Below are positions 45,822 to 57,273 of a DNA stretch of 64,000 bases, piece by piece. The translations under genes were made by a program, and so were the position numbers. The first letter of the stretch is position 1; every line of letters starts with the position of its first letter. The stretch is from Candidatus Dormiibacterota bacterium (GTDB lineage: Bacteria; Chloroflexota; Dormibacteria; Dormibacterales; Dormibacteraceae): positions 19,490-83,489 of the forward strand of contig PNAG01000028.1 in the NCBI GenBank assembly GCA_003169845.1, read 5' to 3'. The notes below the pieces were generated by a model, which searched no databases, was not told where the DNA came from, and saw only the letters and a list, made by a program, of their open reading frames with translations.

Positions 45822-47341
45822 GTGGCGGCGCTCCGCGGTGCCGGGACCGCAGCGAGTGGCAGGGTGAACGTGAACCGCGGACCCCGGCGCCGGTTCTCGG
45901 CGCGAATGGTGCCGCCGTGCGCCTCCACGACACGCTTGCAGATGGCCAGGCCCAGGCCGCTCCCCCTGGCGCGGCGCGTCCATAACGTGTCGAAGACGCG
46001 ATCCAGGTCGGCAGTCGCTATCGGTGGTCCCTCGTTCTCGATCCAGGCTTCGAGCATGCCCGATCGCTGCGCGGCACCGACCTCGATCACCCCGCCGGGA
46101 GGCGCCCACTCGTGTGCGTTCTCGAGCAGGTTGGCGAGCAGCCGCCCGGCCTGCACCTCGTCGACGTCCACCGGAGGCAGGTCGTCCGGCAGCTCGACCT
46201 CGAGCCTGTTGCTCGCGAGCTCGACGCGCAGCTGGCGGGTCGCGTTGCCGACTATGTCGGCAAAGCTGTGGGCCTCCCTTTCGAGCTGTAGACCCGCCTC
46301 GAGGCGTGACAGCGCGAGCAGGTCGCCGACCATCCGGTCGAGCCGGGTCGCCTGCCGGTCGAGGTCGACCAGCAGCTCTCGCTGTTCGGGCTGAAGCCCG
46401 GCACGGGGCGCGGCCAGCGCGGTGAGCCCAGTCCGCAGCGAAGCGATCGGGCTCTTCAGCTCGTGCGACAAGGACGACAGGATCGCTGTCTTGAGCCGGT
46501 CGGACGACTCGAGCCCGTGCGCTCTTTCCGACTCGAATGCGGCGCGCCGGCGGTCGAATAGCAGGTCGGCCAGCCCAATCAACGCCGCGAGCATACGGAG
46601 CTCATCCGGGTCAGCCTGCTCCCCATCGATGCCGATCACGGCGACACCGCTCGCCAGGGGCAGGTAGGCCGGCGCGGAATCCGCCGGATGTGTGTGCACC
46701 AGGACGACCGCGCCGTCGCGGATCGCGATGCCGATCGGCCGGCCGTTCTCATGAGACCACGCCGCCTGCTTGAGCTCTCCGGCGCTCAGCTCGTCGCCCG
46801 CCAGCAGGGTGGGCAGCCCAGAGTCCACGGCGACCAGCGCGAACCGGCTCACGGACGGCAGCTCATTCGCGCGGCGGCTGAGCATCGCGAGCGCGACCGT
46901 CACGTCTGGCGTACGAAGAGCGGCCGTCGCCAGCTCGTAGAGGGCACGCGAGTCCCGGGCCAGGGCTTCGGCGCTTGCTCGCGCGCGGCGTAGGGAAGCG
47001 GCGAGCTGGCTGGTCACGAGCGCGACCGCGAGCAGGACCACGAGCTCGACGAGCTGGGCGGTCCCGCTGACCGTGAAGGTGCCGACCGGCGGGACGAAGA
47101 AGTAGTCGTAGAGAAGGAAGGACGCGATGCTCCCGGCGACCGCAGGCCCCCTACCCCACCGCGCGCCCAGCCAGAGGACCAGGAGCAGGTAGATGGCGGA
47201 CAGGCCCTGCACCGAGGCGAGCGATGTGATCAGCTCGATGGCAGCCGTGACCGCGATCGCCCCGCCGATCGCAAGCCCGTAGGGCGCCAGCCGCGACTGG
47301 AGCTTCAGCCGGCCGGCCAGAATCTCACGCGGCGCCGGCAA
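45818..47341 (-). CDS. Sensor histidine kinase with KdpD-type membrane (DUF4118-like) domain, lacking the N-terminal KdpD/Usp sensor domains
   Basis: TTG start at 47341 with AGGAG 7 nt upstream. Membrane segment LLVLWLGARWGRGPA..LLYDYFFVPPVGTF, HisKA box (LSSLSHELKSP) and HATPase N/G boxes. Confidence 0.85.
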   Translation of the reverse strand: MPAPREILAGRLKLQSRLAPYGLAIGGAIAVTAAIELITSLASVQGLSAIYLLLVLWLGARWGRGPAVAGSIASFLLYDYFFVPPVGTFTVSGTAQLVELVVLLAVALVTSQLAASLRRARASAEALARDSRALYELATAALRTPDVTVALAMLSRRANELPSVSRFALVAVDSGLPTLLAGDELSAGELKQAAWSHENGRPIGIAIRDGAVVLVHTHPADSAPAYLPLASGVAVIGIDGEQADPDELRMLAALIGLADLLFDRRRAAFESERAHGLESSDRLKTAILSSLSHELKSPIASLRTGLTALAAPRAGLQPEQRELLVDLDRQATRLDRMVGDLLALSRLEAGLQLEREAHSFADIVGNATRQLRVELASNRLEVELPDDLPPVDVDEVQAGRLLANLLENAHEWAPPGGVIEVGAAQRSGMLEAWIENEGPPIATADLDRVFDTLWTRRARGSGLGLAICKRVVEAHGGTIRAENRRRGPRFTFTLPLAAVPAPRSAAT

Positions 47342-48266
47342 CCGCCAGCTCCTGCGCCCGGTTCGCGTAGCCGGGGTGCGACGGATGCGCAACCCGATAC
47401 CACGCCAGAGTCTCGGCCAGGGCGTCCTCGAGCGCGGAGGGCTCGAAGCCAAGCTCCTTTCGCGAGCGTTCCAGGACGTATCCGGCCGACCGTCGAGGGT
47501 CGGGTCCGTACGGGCTCGCCCCGTCGGGAAGCGATGCGAACGGCATCGGATGAATGCGGGCCGGCTTTCCGGTGGCGCGGGCGATGCCCTCGATGAGGCC
47601 TCGCAAGCTGACACCCTCGAAGGCGGCGTTGTACGCCTTGTGCGTCAGGTCTTTCCGCAGGTCGCACGCGAGCGCGCACGCATAGCCGATGTCCTTCACC
47701 CAGGCGAGCCCCGCCTGGCGCTCGTACGACTCGGCCGGCACCAGGAGCGGCCCTCCATCTTCCACCCGCTGCAGGTAGGCGGCGATGCGCAGCGTGTGAT
47801 CCGCCGGACCGAAGACCGCGGGCGGACGGATCACGGTCCAGGGAAGATCCAGGCTGCGTGCGAGGACCGTTTCGCACCAGCGCTTGCCATTCATGTAATC
47901 GAGCTCGGCCGGAGGGTCGCCCTCAAGCGGCACGAAATCCTCTTCGCGGGCAGGCCTGCCGTCCAGGTTCGGATAGACGCCCGTCGAGACGAAGACGTAC
48001 CGGGCGCCTTTGAAATGGCGGGCGACGGCATCCACCTCGCCGGGCTGGTAGCAGGCGAGGTCCAGGAGCACATCGGGCTCGACCTGTTCGAGCGCCCGCA
48101 CGAGCTGGCTTTCGTCGGTGCGGTCGAAGGCCACATAGCTGGTGAAGGTCCCGTAGGGTCGATCCTTCCTGCCCGCGGCCACCGTCTCCACGCCGCGGCG
48201 CATCAGCTCCTTACAGGTGGCAACCCCGATGAAGCCCGCTCCGCCCAGGACAAGGGCTCGGGTCAT
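47325..48266 (-). CDS. NAD-dependent epimerase/dehydratase family protein
   Basis: 313 aa extended-SDR with N-terminus LVLGGAGFIG. Confidence 0.8.
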   Translation of the reverse strand: MTRALVLGGAGFIGVATCKELMRRGVETVAAGRKDRPYGTFTSYVAFDRTDESQLVRALEQVEPDVLLDLACYQPGEVDAVARHFKGARYVFVSTGVYPNLDGRPAREEDFVPLEGDPPAELDYMNGKRWCETVLARSLDLPWTVIRPPAVFGPADHTLRIAAYLQRVEDGGPLLVPAESYERQAGLAWVKDIGYACALACDLRKDLTHKAYNAAFEGVSLRGLIEGIARATGKPARIHPMPFASLPDGASPYGPDPRRSAGYVLERSRKELGFEPSALEDALAETLAWYRVAHPSHPGYANRAQELAVAGAA

Positions 48267-48938
48267 TTAGAGATCGCGAGGGGTGAACTCGACGTCGATG
48301 CCCTCTACTTTTTGCAGGCGGTCGGCCATCTCACGCGCCATGGCCACCGATCGGTGGCGTCCACCGGTGCACCCGAAGGCGACCACCAGGTGCGAGCGGC
48401 CACGTTCGCGGTAGTGGGGAATCGCGGCCGTCAAAGTCTTTTCGAGATTGCCCAGCAGCTCCTGTGCCGCCGGCTGCTCGACCACGTAGTCGCGCACGCG
48501 CGGATCGCGGCCGTCGAGTGGACGCAGCTCCTCGACCCAGTAAGGGTTTTCGAGCAGCCTGACGTCGACCACCCATGAGGCGCCGTCGGGAATTGCGTTC
48601 TTGTAGCCGAAGGCGACGCAAGAGACGAGCAGACGCTCTCGAGAGCGCAGTTGTTGCGCGAGCTCGCGCAGCTGAGCGATGTCGACACGGTGGTGTGCGC
48701 GGTCGTGGCTTCCGCCGGCCCTTCCGTCGCCCGAGCCGACATGGACCAGCACGTACCTGATGTCCTGCGCGTCGGCGTCCTTCAAAAGCGACACGGCGTC
48801 GCCACGCAGCGGCAGTACCGCGTCGGCGTCGTCCCAGGCGGAGAGCCAGCGGGCAAGCTGAAAACCCGAATCCAGGAAGACGCCGACGGCCTCGTCGAGC
48901 TGTGGCTCGCTGGCGCCGCCCACGATCACCAGAGTCAT
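48267..48938 (-). CDS. RapZ/YvcJ-like protein with degenerate N-terminal P-loop
   Basis: The C-terminal RapZ signature is intact (FGYKNAIP..DVRLLENPYW..LRPLDGRD..V..YV, GCTGGRHRSV). The N-terminal Walker A position reads GGASEPQL, and the N-domain is only ~100 aa. Confidence 0.7.
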   Translation of the reverse strand: MTLVIVGGASEPQLDEAVGVFLDSGFQLARWLSAWDDADAVLPLRGDAVSLLKDADAQDIRYVLVHVGSGDGRAGGSHDRAHHRVDIAQLRELAQQLRSRERLLVSCVAFGYKNAIPDGASWVVDVRLLENPYWVEELRPLDGRDPRVRDYVVEQPAAQELLGNLEKTLTAAIPHYRERGRSHLVVAFGCTGGRHRSVAMAREMADRLQKVEGIDVEFTPRDL

Positions 48939-48966
48939 GGACGGGGTTCCGGCCGCGACCCTAGCG

Positions 48967-50838
48967 TCACAGGGATTCTTTCAGGCGTTTGGCGAGGCTC
49001 TCAGGCACGCCCAGCTTGACGATGTCCTCGACCGGAGCCTCACGGATCGCCTGCACCGAGCCGAAGTGTCGCAGGAGGATGCGCTTTCGCGCGGGACCGA
49101 TTCCCTCGACCGAATCCAGCGGCGAGGTCAGCGCCTTCCGCGACCTGACCTTGCGGTGGTGGGTGATCGCGAAACGATGGGCCTCATCGCGGATGCGCTG
49201 GACCAGGAACATGCCAGGCGAGTTGCGCTCCTGGACGATCGGCTCGGCGCGCCCGGGCGCGAAGATCTCCTCTCTTTCCTTGGCCAGCGCGAACGTGGGG
49301 ATGTCCGCGTAACCCGCGGATTCGAGCACCTCCAGCGCTGCGCTGAGCTGGCCGCGACCTCCGTCGATGAGGATGAGGTCCGGCCGGCTGGTGAACGAAC
49401 GGTCCCCGACGGCGTCGGCATCCTCACGGCGCTGCGCGGACTCGAGACGCTCGAGCCGTCGCCGGAGCACCTCCTGAAGCATCGCGAAGTCGTTTGGTCC
49501 AGGAACGAACTTGATCTTGAAGTGGCGGTAGTGATCGTTGCGCGGCCGCCCGTCCTCGAAGACGACCATCGCTCCGACCGCCGAGTCGCCCTGGAGGTTG
49601 GAGATGTCGTAGCACTCGATGCGCTTGGGCGGCGTCTCGAGGTCGAGGGCCTCAGCAAGCGCCGCCAGCATCGGCTCGGTGCGGCTGCGGTCATAGTCGG
49701 CCTGGATGCGCAGCTGCTCGAGCTCCTGGGCGGCAGTCTCGGCGAGCTGCTGGACGAGCGCTCGTTTGCGTCCACGCTGCGGGACCGCGATGGTCACCGG
49801 GCCCGCGCGCTTCTGGCTCAGCCAGCCCGCGAGCAGGTCCGGCTCGTCAACGGGCCCGGGCAGGATCACCTCGCGGGGCACGTGCGTGGCGCTCGCGTAG
49901 TACTGGAGCACGAATCCGCGCAGCAGCTCGGCCTCGGTCGCCTCGCCTGCCCCGTCAAGGGGGTGGCCGTCGTGGCCGATCATCTTGCCCTGCCTCACGT
50001 ACGCAACCTCGACAAACACCTCTCCGCCGTGGCGGGCGTAGGCGACCAGGTCCTGGTCGTCGCGACCGTGCGTGAGCACCTTCTGCCGGTCCGCGATGCG
50101 CTCGATCGATTGGAGCTGGTCGCGGTAGCGCGCCGCATTCTCGAAGTCGAGGCGGTTGGCGGAACCCTCCATGCGGTCTTTGAGCTCGCGGACGAGCAGG
50201 TCGGAGCGCCCCTCCATGAACAGCCCGACCTCGCTGATCCGAGCCCTGTAGTCCCCCGAGCTGATCCGCCGCTCGCACGGACCTGGGCAGCGCTTGATGT
50301 GAAAGTCCAGGCAGACCTTGCCCTGCTTGAAGATCTCGTCCGAGCAGGTCCTGAAAGGAAGCAGCTGGCGGATCGATTTGACAGTGCCGCGCAGCGACTG
50401 GGCGGAGGTGTAGGGGCCGAAGTACCGCGCGCCGTCGTTCTGCACCCGGCGCGAATAGTGGACACGCGGAAACTCCTCGTTGACGGGCAACTTCAGGTAG
50501 AGGTAGTTCTTGTCGTCCTTGAGCCGGATGTTGAAGCGCGGCCGGTAGTTCTTGATGAGGTTGCACTCGAGGACGAGGGCCTCGACCTCGTTGGCGGTCG
50601 TGACGAACTCGAAGTCCGTCGCCTTGCGGACCAGCTCGGCCACTCGGGCGGTCTGCGCGTAGCCTGGGTTGAAGTACTGGCGCAGCCGGTCGCGCAAGCG
50701 CAGCGCCTTGCCGACGTAGATGACCTGGCTCTTGTGGTCGCGAAACAGGTAGACGCCAGGCCCGTCGGGAACCGCCCGCAGGCGCCGCTTGACCGCATCT
50801 TCGAGTGAGACTGCCACCGAGATCGATTGTAGGAACAC
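48967..50838 (-). CDS. uvrC: Excinuclease ABC subunit C
   Basis: GIY-YIG N-terminus (PGVYLFRD...VIYVGKA), UVR domain, and a C-terminal RNase H-like domain plus (HhH)2. An alternative GTG start lies at 50817. Confidence 0.93.
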   Translation of the reverse strand: MFLQSISVAVSLEDAVKRRLRAVPDGPGVYLFRDHKSQVIYVGKALRLRDRLRQYFNPGYAQTARVAELVRKATDFEFVTTANEVEALVLECNLIKNYRPRFNIRLKDDKNYLYLKLPVNEEFPRVHYSRRVQNDGARYFGPYTSAQSLRGTVKSIRQLLPFRTCSDEIFKQGKVCLDFHIKRCPGPCERRISSGDYRARISEVGLFMEGRSDLLVRELKDRMEGSANRLDFENAARYRDQLQSIERIADRQKVLTHGRDDQDLVAYARHGGEVFVEVAYVRQGKMIGHDGHPLDGAGEATEAELLRGFVLQYYASATHVPREVILPGPVDEPDLLAGWLSQKRAGPVTIAVPQRGRKRALVQQLAETAAQELEQLRIQADYDRSRTEPMLAALAEALDLETPPKRIECYDISNLQGDSAVGAMVVFEDGRPRNDHYRHFKIKFVPGPNDFAMLQEVLRRRLERLESAQRREDADAVGDRSFTSRPDLILIDGGRGQLSAALEVLESAGYADIPTFALAKEREEIFAPGRAEPIVQERNSPGMFLVQRIRDEAHRFAITHHRKVRSRKALTSPLDSVEGIGPARKRILLRHFGSVQAIREAPVEDIVKLGVPESLAKRLKESL

Positions 50839-50853
50839 GCAAACTCTCGCCCC

Positions 50854-51135
50854 ATGAGCACGACTCCGCCGCCGCCGCCGTCAAGCAGCCCCACGGGCAT
50901 CGCGAGTCAGCAGCTGGAGCCGTCGAGCTCGGTGCCATTCGATCCCAGAACCACGATCTACACGCCCGCCGGCGGAACTCGAACTAACACACTGGCGATC
51001 GTCAGCCTCGTGACCGGGATCGGATCGTTTTTCGCTCACATCGTCCCGGGTGTGGACGCTAGCCCTGCGTGGTCGCATCGTCCCGCGCCGGCACGGCAAG
51101 GAGTGGAAACGCTGCCGCAGCGAGCGCCGCGATGA
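50854..51135 (+). CDS. Hypothetical Pro-rich small membrane protein (DUF4190-like N-terminus, possibly truncated)
   Basis: PPPPPSSSP region followed by TNTLAIVSLVTGIGSFFAHIV. The ORF then runs 77 nt into the convergent MFS gene without a second TM segment. Confidence 0.25.
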   Translation: MSTTPPPPPSSSPTGIASQQLEPSSSVPFDPRTTIYTPAGGTRTNTLAIVSLVTGIGSFFAHIVPGVDASPAWSHRPAPARQGVETLPQRAPR

Positions 51136-52284
51136 CCGCCGCCCAGAGAGCCACGTTCAAGGACCAGCCTATCAGCGGTCCGGCGAGTGCCGCACCGATT
51201 GGTTGGCCGATCCAGTTGACCGACATCGACACCGCGAATGCGCGCCCAAACCACGCCGGATCTGTCCTTCTCTGTCGGAGCGTGAACAGCCCGATGTCAA
51301 AGGGTCCGTTCGCAAGACCGAAGACGACGATGGCCACCAGGACGACCGGCAGCGCTGTCGCGAAGGGAAGCAACGCGATCGCCGCCGCGCTGACCAGGAT
51401 GGCGCCGAACATCAGCTGCCGTTCGCGCCCGCGCGAGGACATGCGGCCGGCGATCAATGCCGAGATCAGTCCGGCTCCGCCCATCGCGCCCCACAGGAAG
51501 CCGACCGTCGTAGGACCCTGTTTCAGGCGGTCGAGCACGAGCACCGGCACCGCGATCGAAAGGATGCCCCAGCTGAGGTTGAACGTGGCCAGCGTGAGTG
51601 CGAGACCTCGCAACGTCGCATTGCGGACCACGTATTGAAGGCCGCGCCATGCGTTGAGCCCAATCGACCCCTCGGCCGCGGTAATGGACGCCGGCTCGGG
51701 CAGCCGCAGCATCACAAACGCCGCGGCACCGAAAACGGCACCACATGACGCAAGCGCCCACTCCGGACCGAGCAAGCCGATGAGCAGCCCCGCCAGCGGA
51801 GCGCCCACCAGCTGAGCAAGGACGTGTCCGCTGCTGTCGAGTGCGTTAGCGCGCTCCCAGAGCGGCGGCGGGGTGATCAACGGGAACAGCGACCGCGCGC
51901 CGGTGTTGCTCAGTGGGTTGGTCAATGACCCGACGCCAACGATGGCAAGCAGCCATCCCGAGGGGAGCGAGTGGCGAGTGGATAGCACCGCGACAAGGGC
52001 CACCGTCAGCGCGGCAATCACGTAGTCGATGACCACGAGGCGAGCCCGGCCGTGCCGGTCCAGGAGGGCGCCGGCCAGCGGAGAGACAAGAAGGCCGGGA
52101 AAGATGCTGAAGAAGGCTGTGGCGCCGGCGAGCTGTGGTGAGTGGTAGCGCGCCAGCACAAAGAGGACCAGGGTGACGGTGACCATCGAGCCGCCAATCC
52201 GGCCGAGCAGGAGGCCGGCATACAGCCGCGCGAAACCGGGAACCCGCAGCAGGGCGCCGTACCCGGCCGCGATGGTTTGTTGTT

Positions 52285-52288
<4 letters not shown>
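51059..52288 (-). CDS. MFS transporter (EntS/MFS_3-like)
   Basis: The called ORF (to 52186) lacks TM1. The upstream in-frame sequence [33 protein letters not shown] is a typical MFS N-terminus. The only start available is CTG at 52288, overlapping the uvrA stop (CTGA), or ATC at 52273. Confidence 0.8.
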
Positions 52289-55191
<2,903 letters not shown>

Positions 55192-55203
55192 TGCAACCCC
55201 TAG

Positions 55204-55602
55204 CTATTCCTTTTCCCTGGTCACTGAAAACGTCCCGCTCGCGGTGGCGACAAGCTTTCCGCCCGGCCCCTCGATCCGGCACTCCGTCACAACCGTGCGG
55301 CGCCCGGCATGAACCACGTGTCCTGTCGCGCGCAGCGTCTCGCCAATCTTCGCGGCTGAGATGAAGTTGAGCTTCAGGTCGAAGCTCATCGCACGGACCA
55401 CTCCTGGCTTCACGGTTCGCACCGCGCGGCCCATTGCCGAGTCAGCCAGCGTGCTGATCATCCCACCGTGGACGAAACCAGAGTGATTCGCCATGTCTTC
55501 CGTCGTCGTCATTTCCACCGTTGCCGTACCGTCCCCGGTTTCCACCGTCTGCATCCCGAGCCACGCCCAGGCCGGCGATTGCGCCTCCACGGCGTTACTC
55601 AC
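55204..55602 (-). CDS. PaaI-family hotdog-fold thioesterase
   Basis: 132 aa from a GTG start. Motif [19 protein letters not shown]. Confidence 0.75.
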   Translation of the reverse strand: MSNAVEAQSPAWAWLGMQTVETGDGTATVEMTTTEDMANHSGFVHGGMISTLADSAMGRAVRTVKPGVVRAMSFDLKLNFISAAKIGETLRATGHVVHAGRRTVVTECRIEGPGGKLVATASGTFSVTREKE

Positions 55603-56020
55603 GGCCCTGTCCCTCGGGGACGGCCAGGCACGTCGATGATGCCCGCGCCACAAGCCTGTTCTGATCGTCCAGGACGTCAGCCTCGCTGAACATCAGCGTC
55701 TGCTTCATCTCCACGACTCGCCCGACAGCGCGCAGGCGCCCTGAGGTGACAGGCCGGATGAAATTGATCTTGAGCTCGATGGTCGTATTCCAGAGCCCAT
55801 CCTCCTGCAGGGTTGCTAGCGACATCCCCATCGCGGCGTCGGCGATCTGCGTGATGACCCCGCCCTGCACAACCCCGCCGCCGTGACGGTGCTGCGGGCC
55901 GGCCTCGAGCTCCAGCACAACCCTTCCCGGCCCAGACTCGGTGATCCGCGCCCCGAGCGTCTCCATCCAGCCCGCCGGCTCAGCCGCCAGCATCTCGGCG
56001 GCGCGCTTGTCATTCCTCAC
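55595..56020 (-). CDS. PaaI-family hotdog-fold thioesterase (tandem paralog)
   Basis: 141 aa with motif GGVVQGGVITQIADAAMG. Confidence 0.75.
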   Translation of the reverse strand: MRNDKRAAEMLAAEPAGWMETLGARITESGPGRVVLELEAGPQHRHGGGVVQGGVITQIADAAMGMSLATLQEDGLWNTTIELKINFIRPVTSGRLRAVGRVVEMKQTLMFSEADVLDDQNRLVARASSTCLAVPEGQGRE

Positions 56021-56035
56021 CGGGCTGCAGCTAAC

Positions 56036-56103
56036 TTGAACGTGTTCGATTTATCTTGACAGAGGCGCAAGTTCCTATTAGGATCGGAGTTGAACATGTT
56101 CAA
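56036..56103. promoter_or_regulatory. Two related palindromic operator candidates flanking a sigma70-like promoter
   Basis: TTGAACGTGTTCGA (56036-56049) and TTGAACATGTTCAA (56090-56103). On the + strand, TTGACA (56056-56061), a 17 nt spacer, then TAGGAT (56079-56084). Confidence 0.5.
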
Positions 56104-56172
56104 TAACACTTCTCCGCTTGATGGAGGAGTCCACCGGGCGCGGGGATCGGAAGTCTCCGCCATTGAACTGGG

Positions 56173-56568
56173 GTGATAGCAATGGACCTTCGGCTGATCG
56201 ACTACGTGGTCTACCTCGTCGCCAGTGTGCTGCTGACCGTGTGGGTCGGGAACACGCTCTTTCGCAACGGCCGGCCCTTCCTGGTGTCGGTGTTCCTGGA
56301 AGCCGGCCTGGCCGACTCGGTCAACCGCCTTCTCGTCGTGGGCTTCTACCTCGTCAACCTGGGCGCCGCCGCTTTGCTGATCAACGCCGGAGGAGCGCCT
56401 GCGACGGTGGGCGACATGGTCCAGGAGACGGTGACGCGAATCGGAGTCGTCCTTCTCGTGTTGGGCGGGATGCACTTCTCCAACATGTTCGTGTTCCACC
56501 TCATCCGCCGGCCCCTCAGGCAGCGCTCCGTGCCGCCTCCGCCCTACCAGCCGGCGCCCGGTGCCTGA
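56173..56568 (+). CDS. Hypothetical integral membrane protein
   Basis: 131 aa with 3-4 predicted TM helices and a Pro-rich tail. Lies directly upstream of the TetR gene. Confidence 0.5.
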   Translation: MIAMDLRLIDYVVYLVASVLLTVWVGNTLFRNGRPFLVSVFLEAGLADSVNRLLVVGFYLVNLGAAALLINAGGAPATVGDMVQETVTRIGVVLLVLGGMHFSNMFVFHLIRRPLRQRSVPPPPYQPAPGA

Positions 56569-56577
56569 GCCAGGCAG

Positions 56578-57273
56578 TTGAACACTGCTTCCGCGGTCGA
56601 ACCACACCGGAACAAACGCGGCGAAAGCTCGAGGGCGGCCATCTTCGGCGCCGCCCTCGACCTGTTCCAGGAACGCGGGTACGAAGCGACGACCATGCGC
56701 GCCATCGCGGTCCGGGCTGGGGTGTCGCTGGGAAGCTCCTACCACTACTTCCCGTCCAAGGAGCACCTCGTGCTCGAGTTCTACCGGCACACGCACGAGC
56801 TGCACCTTGCGGTGATCGCTCCGTTGCTGAGCCGCGAAAAAGACCTCGCGGCCAGGCTCCGGGGCGTGATCCGCGCCGTCATCGTCACGTGCGAGCCCTT
56901 CCACGGCGTGGCCGGCTCGATCTTCAGCTCCGTGGCAAACCCGGCGAGCGCTGTGAACCCGTTCGGTCCCACCTCCCGGGCGCTGCGCGATGAGGTCATC
57001 GCGATGTATGCCGAGGTGGTCAGCGGTTCGGACGCCAAGGTCCCCTCGGACCTGGCGGCCGAGCTCCCGCTTCTGCTGTGGCTGTACCAGATGGGAATCC
57101 TTTATTTCTGGATCTTCGACCGCTCCCAGGGACGCCTGCGCACGCTCGAGGTCATCGATCAGACCACAGACCTGATCGTTCGATTGATAAGCCTTGCCAA
57201 CCTGCCGGTCCTGCGCGGCTCGCGCCGCCGTGCGCTCGCGCTGGTCCGGAGCATCGCCGAAGGCTCTCACTGA
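56578..57273 (+). CDS. TetR/AcrR-family transcriptional regulator
   Basis: N-terminal HTH: AAIFGAALDLFQERGYEATTMRAIAVRAGVSLGSSYHYFPSKEHL. Confidence 0.85.
   Translation: MNTASAVEPHRNKRGESSRAAIFGAALDLFQERGYEATTMRAIAVRAGVSLGSSYHYFPSKEHLVLEFYRHTHELHLAVIAPLLSREKDLAARLRGVIRAVIVTCEPFHGVAGSIFSSVANPASAVNPFGPTSRALRDEVIAMYAEVVSGSDAKVPSDLAAELPLLLWLYQMGILYFWIFDRSQGRLRTLEVIDQTTDLIVRLISLANLPVLRGSRRRALALVRSIAEGSH

Noticed and set aside
48937-50808. Very long antisense ORFs opposite well-supported genes. Examples: 48937..50808(+) opposite uvrC, 57078..59471(+) opposite uvrB, 56017..57270(-) opposite the TetR/membrane genes, 38652..39824(-) opposite E1-beta, 41091..42464(+) and 43494..44324(-) opposite the permeases, and 10397..11797(+) opposite aroA.
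   Set aside because: Their translations are Arg/Ala/Pro/Gly-rich low-complexity sequences with no recognisable motifs. Long stop-free antisense frames are expected in a genome this GC-rich. The opposite strand carries strongly conserved proteins in every case.
50823-50834. GAACACGCAAAC upstream of, or at, the uvrC start as a LexA box.
   Set aside because: The second half-site is AAAC rather than GTTC/GTTT in either orientation, so it does not fit GAAC-N4-GTTC. It also lies within the possible uvrC coding start.
56036-56103. The two TTGAAC-NN-GTTCAA palindromes interpreted as LexA boxes controlling uvrA.
   Set aside because: The half-site spacing is N2, not the N4 seen in the perfect uvrB box and the HNH sites. 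The adjacent TetR gene offers a simpler explanation. It is retained as a regulatory finding but not as an SOS box.
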